A stretch of 32,000 nt of DNA from Aquifex aeolicus VF5 (lineage in GTDB: Bacteria > Aquificota > Aquificia > Aquificales > Aquificaceae): NCBI RefSeq assembly GCF_000008625.1, contig NC_000918.1, forward strand, positions 720,001 to 752,000, written 5' to 3'. Shown piece after piece: positions 1 through 7,479 of the stretch. The notes under the pieces were generated by a model. The model ran no database searches and was not told the DNA's origin. It saw nothing but the letters and a program-made list of their open reading frames with translations. A program made the position numbers and the translations under genes. The first letter of the stretch is position 1, and each line of letters begins with the position of its first letter.

Positions 1-1
1 G

Positions 2-652
2 CTTGAAGATATAACAAAGTTTTCTGGAAAAAACGGGGGTGTAATCAGAATAGGTGCCAGTAGTATTCCAGGAAACTACCTTCTTCCACAATTACTTGGG
101 GAATTTATTGAAAATTTTAAAGGTTATGTAAACGTGGAGCTTAGAGTAAGTGATAGCCAGGATATATATGAAAAAGTAATAAATGGAGACGTAGATTTAG
201 GAATTATAGGTTATCTGCCGAGAACAAATAAAGTGGATGCTATTAAATTTTATACCGATAGAATACTAATTGTAGGCAATCCAGAACTTGAAGATAAGGT
301 ATATACCTTAGAAGAGCTGATAAACTTACCTTTAGTTATAAGAGAAGTTGGTTCAGGAACGAGAAGTATTGTTGAAGACAAATTAAGAGAAAAAGGTTTA
401 TCCTTAAAAGAAATGAATATAGTAGCTGTATGTAACAGTAATGAAGCCGTTAAAAATACGCTTAAATACGTTAAGGGATTTTCCTTCCTTTCTAGCTATG
501 TTGTAAAAGATGATAAGTTTTTGATTAAATTAAAAGTAAAAAATTTTGACGATATAACCAGACAGTTTTACTTAATTCGAGACAAAAAACGTCCCTTACC
601 ATTTCTTACACAGGAGCTTATTAAGTTCTTAATAAAAGACATTTATGTTTAA
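2..652 (+). CDS. LysR-family transcriptional regulator, effector-binding C-terminal part (5' end outside window)
   Basis: The frame is open from base 2 (LEDITKFSGKNGGVIRIGASSIPGNYLLPQLLGEFIE...), so the ORF-track start at 134 is internal. The pattern is typical of an LTTR substrate-binding domain. Stop TAA at 650-652. Confidence 0.7.
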   Translation, partial: LEDITKFSGKNGGVIRIGASSIPGNYLLPQLLGEFIENFKGYVNVELRVSDSQDIYEKVINGDVDLGIIGYLPRTNKVDAIKFYTDRILIVGNPELEDKVYTLEELINLPLVIREVGSGTRSIVEDKLREKGLSLKEMNIVAVCNSNEAVKNTLKYVKGFSFLSSYVVKDDKFLIKLKVKNFDDITRQFYLIRDKKRPLPFLTQELIKFLIKDIYV

Positions 653-724
653 TTTTTCGAACATTTTCATTGAATAATTAAATAAATAAGTTATGTGATA
701 TTTGAATATAAGGAATTTATTAAC

Positions 725-737
725 ATGCAATATGCAT
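725..737. promoter_or_regulatory. Inverted repeat ATGCA-N3-TGCAT in the A+T-rich fdh upstream region; candidate regulator (LysR?) site
   Basis: ATGCAATATGCAT read directly. It lies about 140 nt upstream of the fdoG start, downstream of a same-strand LysR gene. No functional evidence. Confidence 0.2.
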
Positions 738-873
738 TGATACACAATAAAAAAATGTTCATATGCCTATTTTTAAAATATTGTTTTGAAAATTTTGTCT
801 TTTTTTTAAATTTTTTCATGATTTGAAAGGGGAATAAACTAAAAACTAAGAATGCTTAAAGGAGGTGAATTAC

Positions 874-3800
874 ATGGATATTTCAAGGAGGGGTTTTTTA
901 AAACTATCAGTAGGTAGTGTTGGAGCTGGGATATTAGGTGGTCTCGGTTTTGATCTTACACCTGCTTATGCACGTGTAAGAGATTTAAAAATAACAAAGG
1001 CAAAAGTAACAAAAAGTATATGTCCTTACTGCTCCGTATCCTGTGGAATACTAGCCTACTCCCTTTCCGACGGAGCGATGAATGTTAAAGAAAGAATAAT
1101 ACACGTAGAGGGTAACCCGGATGACCCGATAAATAGAGGAACTTTATGTCCTAAAGGGGCAACCTTAAGAGATTTCGTAAACGCTCCTGATAGGCTTACC
1201 AAGCCCTTGTACAGACCTGCAGGATCTACAGAATGGAAAGAAATAAGCTGGGACGAGGCTATAGAGAAGTTCGCAAGATGGGTAAAGGATACGAGGGATA
1301 GGACCTTTATACACAAGGACAAGGCTGGAAGGGTGGTGAACAGATGTGACTCCATAGTTTGGGCTGTGGGCTCACCCCTTGGGAACGAAGAGGGGTGGCT
1401 CATGGTAAAGATCGGTATAGCCTTAGGTCTCTCGGCACGAGAAACGCAGGCGACTATATGACACGCACCTACGGTGGCCAGTTTGGCCCCAACCTTTGGA
1501 AGAGGAGCAATGACTAACAACTGGGTGGACATCTCCAACTCTGACCTCGTATTCGTAATGGGAGGAAACCCGGCGGAGAACCACCCCTGTGGTTTTAAGT
1601 GGGCCATAAAAGCTCGTGAGAAGAGGGGTGCAAAGATAATATGCATAGACCCAAGGTTTAACAGAACCGCCGCTGTGGCAGATATCTTCGTTCAGATAAG
1701 ACCGGGAACAGATATAGCTTTCCTCGGAGGTCTGATTAACTATGTCCTTCAGAACGAGAAGTATCAGAAGGAGTATGTGAGACTGCACACAACAGGACCC
1801 TTCATAGTGAGGGAGGACTTCGGCTTCAAGGACGGACTCTTTACGGGATACGATCCTAAGACGAGGAGCTACGACACGACCACCTGGGACTACGAGTTCG
1901 ATCCTGCTACGGGATATCCCAAGATGGATCCCGAGATGAAGCATCCCAGATGTGTTCTCAACATCCTGAAGGAGCACTACTCGAGGTATACCCCGGAGGT
2001 CGTCTCCCAGATATGTGGATGTTCCAAGGAGGACTTCCTCAGAGTTGCAGAGGAGGTGGCTAAGTGTGGAGCTCCCAATAAGTTCATGACAATCCTCTAT
2101 GCCTTGGGATGGACCCATCACTCCTACGGAACCCAGCTCATAAGAACTGCCTGTATGCTTCAGCTTCTGCTTGGAAACATAGGTTGTCCGGGAGGAGGAA
2201 TAAATGCCCTCAGAGGTCACTCTAACGTTCAGGGTATGACTGATCTCGCCGGGCAGAACAAGAACCTCCCCACCTACATAAAGCCTCCCAAGCCGGAGGA
2301 ACAAACCCTCGCCCAGCACCTTAAGAACAGGACACCGAGAAAGCTCCATCCCACCAGCCTGAACTACTGGGCAAACTATCCTAAGTTCTTTATCAGCTTT
2401 CTCAAGTGTATGTGGGGCGACGCCGCAACGCCTGAAAATGACTTCGCCTACGACTATCTATACAAACCCGAAGGAGGCTACAACTCCTGGGATAAGTTCA
2501 TAGACGACATGTACAAAGGAAAGATAGAGGGAGTGGTAACCGCAGCCCTTAACTTCTTGAATAACACACCTAACGCCAAGAAGACGGTAAGGGCTCTCAA
2601 AAACCTCAAGTGGATGGTTGTAATGGATCCTTTCATGATAGAGACAGCCCAGTTCTGGAAGGCGGAGGGGTTAGACCCGAAAGAAGTCAAGACGGAGATT
2701 CTCGTCCTTCCAACGGCTGTATTTCTCGAGAAGGAAGGTTCCTTCACCAACAGCGCGAGGTGGGTAAAGTGGAAATACAAGGCTACCGATCCCCCAGGAG
2801 ATGCGAAAGACGAATTCTGGATATTTGGAAGATTCTTTATGAAATTGAAAGAATTTTATGAAAAAGAAGGAGGAGCTTTCCCCGAACCGATTCTCAACCT
2901 CGTCTGGCCCTACAAGAATCCATACTATCCGACTGCAGAAGAAATACTTACCGAAATAAACGGATACTACACAAGGGACGTGGACGGTCACAAGAAGGGA
3001 GAGAGGGTAAGACTCTTCACTGATCTGAGAGACGACGGATCAACTGCCTGCGGGGGATGGCTCTACTGTGGCGTATTCCCGCCTGAGGGCAACCTTGCAA
3101 AGAGAACTGACCTCAGCGATCCCCTCGGTCTGGGAACCTATCCGAACTACGCCTGGAACTGGCCCGCCAACAGGAGGGTCCTCTACAACAGAGCCTCCTG
3201 CGATGAAAAGGGAAGACCGTGGGACCCAGAAAGACCCCTCCTGAGATGGGATCCTGAAAGAGACATGTGGGTAGGTGATATACCTGATTATCCTGCTACC
3301 GCACCTCCCGAAAAGGGTATAGGTGCTTTCATAATGCTCCCAGAAGGAAAAGGAAGATTGTTTGCAGCAAAAAGCTATGTTACATTCAAAGATGGGCCAC
3401 TTCCCGAACACTATGAACCTTATGAATCTCCCGTGACGAATATTCTCCATCCTAATGTTCCTCACAACCCCGTTGCAAAAGTATACAAATCTGATCTGGA
3501 TCTGTTAGGAACTCCCGATAAATTCCCTCATGTTGCTACCACTTATAGGCTAACTGAACATTATCACTTCTGGACAAAGCATCTGTACGGTCCTTCACTG
3601 CTTGCACCAGTAATGTTCATTGAAATACCTGAAGAACTGGCAAAGGAGAAAGGTATCCAAAACGGAGACTTAGTTAGAGTTTCTACTGCAAGAGCATCAA
3701 TAGAAGCTATAGCTTTAGTAACAAAAAGAATAAAACCTCTAAAAGTTGCAGGAAAGACCGTATACACAATAGGTATACCAATACACTGGGGATTTGAAGG

Positions 3801-3912
3801 TCTAGTGAAAGGTGCCATAACAAATTTCATAACGCCCAACGTCTGGGATCCCAACTCTAGAACTCCTGAGTTTAAGGGCTTTCTTGCAAACATTGAAAAG
3901 GTGAAAACTTAA
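874..3912 (+). CDS. fdoG: Formate dehydrogenase (N/O type) catalytic alpha subunit, molybdopterin enzyme, selenocysteine-containing, Tat-exported
   Basis: ORF-track entries 865..1461 and 1474..3912 share one frame and are separated only by TGA 1459-1461. The context ...ETQATI-U-HAPTVASLAPTFGRGAMTNNW matches the FdnG/FdoG Sec site. Twin-arginine leader MDISRRGFLK. SD AAAGGAGGTG lies 7 nt before ATG 874. N-terminal CxxCxxC...C Fe-S motif (CPYCSVSCG). Confidence 0.93.
1459..1461 (+). other. In-frame UGA recoded as selenocysteine
   Basis: TGA at the position of the catalytic Sec in FdnG/FdoG/FdhF homologues. Reading continues in the same frame for more than 800 codons. Confidence 0.88.
1473..1490 (+). 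promoter_or_regulatory. Bacterial SECIS upper stem-loop
   Basis: GGuGGCC-AGUUU-GGCCCC: pairs 1473-1490, 1474-1489, 1476-1488, 1477-1487, 1478-1486, 1479-1485, with U1475 bulged. The hairpin starts 11 nt after the UGA. Counting the U of UGA as +1, the bulged U is +17 and the loop G,U are +23,+24. Confidence 0.75.
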
Positions 3913-3926
3913 GGGAGGTGTAAAAA

Positions 3927-4838
3927 ATGAGCACATTAACTACTGGTGGAACTGTAGGGCTTGGGATTAAGAGACTTTCCGCTTCTAAAGAACCAGACAC
4001 TTCCGTAAAAACTTATCCCGAACTTGCGATTCTCGTAGATGTCTCTTCTTGTATAGGTTGTAAAGCCTGTGAAGCGGCATGTCAGCAATGGCACGATACA
4101 ACTCCTCCCATACTTTCTCCAGAAGAAGTAATAAAGAGGAAAATAGCTGGTTACCAAACTCATCCCGATCTGCTGCCGGAAACATTTATGCTAATGAAGT
4201 TTAAGGAAGGAGAAACAAGCCGTGGATTTACTTGGTTTATAACCAAATACCAATGTATGCACTGCAGGGAACCGGGATGTCTGATCGCCTGCCCCTCCCC
4301 CGGGGCGGTAATCCAGTACCAGAACGGCGTGGTGGACTTCGACCACTCCAAGTGCATAGGTTGTAAAATGTGCTTGGTGGGCTGTCCCTTTGATATTCCG
4401 AGGTACGATAAGAATAACAAACCTTGGAAATGCAACTTCTGTATCGACAGGGTAAGTGCAGGTTTAGAACCAGCCTGCGTGAAGACCTGCCCAACCAACT
4501 GCCTCTCCTTCGGCTTTAAGGAGGATATGATAGAGAGGGGTAAGAAGATAGTGGAGAGATTAAAGGAGAGGGGGTACCCGAACGCAACCCTCTACGATCC
4601 TCCGGGTGTCGGTGGAACGGGATACATTTACGTTCTTCCCCACGGTGATCATGTGAAGGACTATCAGCTTCCCGAAAACCCGAGGGTGGATGCATCGATA
4701 GGTCTGTGGAAGGGTCCTCTGAAGACGATAGGAAGCATAGCCTTTTGGGGCACACTTCTGGGTGTGTTCCTTCAGTTGATACTCTGGGGACCGATAAAGG
4801 TCCTCGGCGGAAAGGAAGAAAAAAGTGAGGAGGGTTAA
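3927..4838 (+). CDS. fdoH: Formate dehydrogenase iron-sulfur beta subunit (4x[4Fe-4S], C-terminal membrane anchor)
   Basis: Multiple CxxCxxCxxxCP ferredoxin motifs and a hydrophobic C-terminal helix (IAFWGTLLGVFLQLILWG). SD GGGAGGTG precedes the ATG; 14-nt gap after fdoG. Confidence 0.9.
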   Translation: MSTLTTGGTVGLGIKRLSASKEPDTSVKTYPELAILVDVSSCIGCKACEAACQQWHDTTPPILSPEEVIKRKIAGYQTHPDLLPETFMLMKFKEGETSRGFTWFITKYQCMHCREPGCLIACPSPGAVIQYQNGVVDFDHSKCIGCKMCLVGCPFDIPRYDKNNKPWKCNFCIDRVSAGLEPACVKTCPTNCLSFGFKEDMIERGKKIVERLKERGYPNATLYDPPGVGGTGYIYVLPHGDHVKDYQLPENPRVDASIGLWKGPLKTIGSIAFWGTLLGVFLQLILWGPIKVLGGKEEKSEEG

Positions 4839-4840
4839 TC

Positions 4841-5476
4841 ATGGCGGTAGAGTACAAAAAGGCTTACGAAGAGCAGATAGAGAGGTTCTCAGCCCTCGAC
4901 AGGATTCTCCACTGGACGACAGCCCTCGCCTTCCTTTACTGTTTCCTGTCGGGGATAGGGATAGCCTACGCCAAGTTCCACTGGCTGCTGACCTTTCTCG
5001 GTGGTGGTGAATTCGCCCGCTGGCTCCATCCGTGGGCCGGCGTCGTCTTTTCAATAGGCGCGGTCCTTATGATCCTCAAATGGGCAAGGGACATGGTGAT
5101 CACTAGAGAGGACATAGTATGGCTGACGAAGATAAAAGCCTACATAAGCGGAAGGCACGAGGAACTTCCCGAGGTCGGAAAATATAATGCAGGGCAGAAG
5201 CTATACGCCTGGGTGGTCTTCCTTAGCGCTATAGTCTTTTTCCTTACGGGTATACTTATGTGGTTTCCGGAAAACTTCAGTATGGGACTAGTGCGCTGGT
5301 CTGTGGTTATACACGAGATAACTTTCATAATAGCCGGAGCCTTCACTATAATACACATCTACATGGCAACCGTCGGAGTTCCGGGCTCCATATGGGGCAT
5401 GATAGGAGGAAAGGTATCAGCCACGTGGGCTAAGTTCCATCACCCCAAGTGGTACAGGGAGGTGGTAAAGAGGTAA
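4841..5476 (+). CDS. fdoI: Formate dehydrogenase cytochrome b556 gamma subunit
   Basis: Four predicted TM helices with conserved His residues (ILHW..., HPW, HEITF, IHIY). 2-nt gap after fdoH; SD GAGGAGGG. Confidence 0.85.
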   Translation: MAVEYKKAYEEQIERFSALDRILHWTTALAFLYCFLSGIGIAYAKFHWLLTFLGGGEFARWLHPWAGVVFSIGAVLMILKWARDMVITREDIVWLTKIKAYISGRHEELPEVGKYNAGQKLYAWVVFLSAIVFFLTGILMWFPENFSMGLVRWSVVIHEITFIIAGAFTIIHIYMATVGVPGSIWGMIGGKVSATWAKFHHPKWYREVVKR

Positions 5477-5495
5477 GTGTCATGAGAAAGCTTAG

Positions 5496-6005
5496 GTGTT
5501 TGAGCAGTGGGATGCGCTCTGCGCCGTCCTTTTTTCTTTCTCAATAGCACAGGAGCTCAAAACACATGCAGACATAGTGAACCAGAAGGGCGAGAAGATA
5601 GGCAAAGCTGAGCTCATACAGACCAACAGTGGAGTTCTCATAAAGCTTGAAGCCTCAAATCTACCACCCAACGCGGAGCTTGCCTTTCACATCCATGAGC
5701 TTGGCAAGTGCGACCCTCCCGACTTTAAGTCCGCAAAGGGACACTTCAACCCCTTTAAGAAAAAGCACGGCCTTTTAAACCCCGAAGGTCCCCACGCTGG
5801 AGACATGCCCAATATTCACACCGATGATAAGGGAAACGTAAGGGTTCAGGTATTAAATCCCTTTGTAACCTTGAAAAAAGGAAAGAAAAATAGCTTATTT
5901 AAAGAAGGCGGAACGGCACTCGTCATTCATGGCGGACCTGACGACTACAAGTCTGATCCCGCGGGAAACGCAGGAAAAAGGATAGCATGTGGGGTGGTGA
6001 AATGA
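5496..6005 (+). CDS. sodC: Cu,Zn superoxide dismutase (start uncertain, see findings)
   Basis: Motifs FHIHE.GKC, GHFNP, HAGD.PN and ALVIHGG.DD...P.GNAG.RIACGV are diagnostic for SodC. The stop overlaps the fdhE ATG (ATGA). Confidence 0.85.
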   Translation: MFEQWDALCAVLFSFSIAQELKTHADIVNQKGEKIGKAELIQTNSGVLIKLEASNLPPNAELAFHIHELGKCDPPDFKSAKGHFNPFKKKHGLLNPEGPHAGDMPNIHTDDKGNVRVQVLNPFVTLKKGKKNSLFKEGGTALVIHGGPDDYKSDPAGNAGKRIACGVVK

Positions 6006-6838
6006 ATATATTCAAGCAAAAAGAAAGAGAATTTGCTTTAAATAGGATTCCTGTTTTGAAGGAAAAATTTCCAGAATCTAACCAAATACTGAACTTTTTA
6101 TCTCATATTCTTGAATACCACAATTCTATTATTTCGGAGATTTCAGATTTAAGTATATCTCTTGATAACCAAAATATAGAAAGTAGATTAGGAAAAGGTA
6201 AACCCGCTTTAAAGCTTTCAGAATATGATTTCGAACCTTTCCTCAAGTACTTTTATCCTTTATTGAATATTGTCTATGAACATGGTACCCCACAAATGAA
6301 AGAAAGAGTAGAGCATTTACAAAGTCTTGAAAAAAAAGAAATATTATCTTTAATATCTTCTTTTTTAGAAAATGGAATTTCGGACGATATGCTGAGATTC
6401 TTCCTTATATCTTATCTCCAACCTATACTCTATACATTTGCAGATAAGGTTAAATTCGAACACGAAAGATGGTTTAAAAATTACTGTCCAGTTTGTGGGT
6501 CTAAACCGTCAGTTTCATTCATTATGGATACGGAAGATTGGGAAGGAGCACGTTTTCTGAGATGTAGTGTTTGTCTTACTGACTGGCTCTATGTAAGAAC
6601 AAAATGTGTAAATTGCGGCAATGTAGAAGACGATAGTTTAGATTATTTTATAAGTTCAGAATTAGATTATATAGAAATTCAAACATGTAAAAAGTGTAAT
6701 AGTTATATAAAAATCATAGATCTTAGAAAAGATGGACTTGCAGTGCCTGATTTAGAAGATATAGCTTCTGTTAGTCTTGATTTATGGGCTCAGGAACAAG
6801 GTTTTATAAAAGTTGAAAGGAATTTTATGGGGTACTAG
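6002..6838 (+). CDS. fdhE: Formate dehydrogenase accessory protein FdhE
   Basis: Four CxxC pairs (CPVCGS, CSVCLT, CVNCGN, CKKCNS) in FdhE-like spacing. Sits in the fdh operon. ATG 6002 overlaps the sodC stop. Confidence 0.8.
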   Translation: MNIFKQKEREFALNRIPVLKEKFPESNQILNFLSHILEYHNSIISEISDLSISLDNQNIESRLGKGKPALKLSEYDFEPFLKYFYPLLNIVYEHGTPQMKERVEHLQSLEKKEILSLISSFLENGISDDMLRFFLISYLQPILYTFADKVKFEHERWFKNYCPVCGSKPSVSFIMDTEDWEGARFLRCSVCLTDWLYVRTKCVNCGNVEDDSLDYFISSELDYIEIQTCKKCNSYIKIIDLRKDGLAVPDLEDIASVSLDLWAQEQGFIKVERNFMGY

Positions 6839-6840
6839 CT

Positions 6841-7368
6841 GTGAAAAGGAGAACGTTTTTAGAATCTCTTCTATTTCTTTTTTTAATAAAAACGGGTTTT
6901 AGTATGGAACGAAAGATAGACGTTTTAGGATGTACCTTGTGGACTGATAGACTTTACAGAGTCGAACCCTATAGAATGTTATTCCAATGGGTAAAGGATG
7001 AAGGAAATGGTATTTATTCTGTAGGAATGGCTTCTATTTTAGCTGCTCTAGCGTATCCACTTTACTCGATAAAAATAAAACCTGTTGGCACTAAGCTGGA
7101 GTACGACGAAGCATTAGCAATAATTGAGGCGGGGAAAAGAGTTGCAACATTCCCGACACCTCTATCTGGCATAGTGGTAGATGTAAATGAAGAAGTGATT
7201 AAAAATCCTGAGCTTATAAATAAAAAACCTTACAGTTCTTGGATTGCTAAGCTAAAAGCTACAAACTTAGAAGAAGTAAAGAACTTACAAAGTGCAAAGG
7301 AGATAGTTAAGACGGTGAAAGATTTTATAATTTTGGAGGATGTAGATTGTTCTATTGTAGAAGAATAG
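6841..7368 (+). CDS. Glycine-cleavage H-protein-like lipoyl-domain protein with N-terminal RR-containing hydrophobic leader
   Basis: VGTKLEYDEALAIIEAGKRVATFPTPLSGIVVDVNEEVIKNPELINKKPYSSWIAKLK aligns with the GcvH lipoyl-lysine region (..ES.K....PvSG.vvevN..l...PelvN..PY..gW..k.k). Lys codon at 7135-7137. N-terminus (V)KRRTFLESLLFLFLI. GTG start lies 2 nt after the fdhE stop; the alternative ATG is at 6904. Confidence 0.7.
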   Translation: MKRRTFLESLLFLFLIKTGFSMERKIDVLGCTLWTDRLYRVEPYRMLFQWVKDEGNGIYSVGMASILAALAYPLYSIKIKPVGTKLEYDEALAIIEAGKRVATFPTPLSGIVVDVNEEVIKNPELINKKPYSSWIAKLKATNLEEVKNLQSAKEIVKTVKDFIILEDVDCSIVEE

Positions 7369-7370
7369 AA

Positions 7371-7469
7371 GGGAGAGGTTGGCCGGCTGGTGCCGCCCCG
7401 GGACTTCAAATCCCGTGGGAGGTCCCGCAAGGGAGCTCCGGAGGGTTCGATTCCCTCCCTCTCCCGCCA
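7371..7469 (+). tRNA. selC: tRNA-Sec (anticodon TCA), 99 nt, CCA encoded
   Basis: 8-bp acceptor stem GGGAGAGG/CCTCTCCC and 5-bp T stem GAGGG/CCCTC with TTCGATT loop. Anticodon loop CTTCAAA. Long variable arm closed by a GCAA loop. Discriminator G plus CCA. Confidence 0.93.
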
Positions 7470-7479
7470 ATAAGTTGTT

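Noticed and set aside
736-749. TTGATacacAATAA upstream of fdoG as an FNR/CRP-type box (TTGAT-N4-ATCAA).
   Set aside because: Only the left half-site matches; the right half has 3 of 5 positions. In such A+T-rich DNA this is expected by chance.
865-873. ORF-track N-terminal extensions: GTG 865 (fdoG), 5987 (fdhE), 10677 (pncB), 17878 (miaA), 22202 (mqnA), TTG 28271 (methyltransferase).
   Set aside because: The downstream ATGs (874, 6002, 10704, 18025, 22238, 28376) give N-termini matching the family consensus. They also have a properly spaced SD or -10 box. The extensions overlap neighbouring genes or a tRNA.
1056-3893. Long minus-strand and off-frame ORFs across fdoG in the ORF track (1056..1646, 1423..2349, 2478..2780, 2610..2861, 2671..2991, 3040..3465, 3564..3893).
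   Set aside because: They lie wholly inside a gene with unambiguous family similarity and have low-complexity, Ser/Arg/Leu/Gly-rich translations with no start context. They are shadow ORFs typical of G+C-richer coding DNA. The same applies to shadows inside fdoH/fdoI, pstB, the MFS gene, gap, cysS, galE and the rhodanese gene.
7230-7470. Minus-strand ORFs 7230..7430 and 7285..7470, and plus-strand ORF 10619..10894.
   Set aside because: They are read through tRNA-Sec and tRNA-Val respectively. The G+C-rich tRNA sequence simply lacks stop codons.
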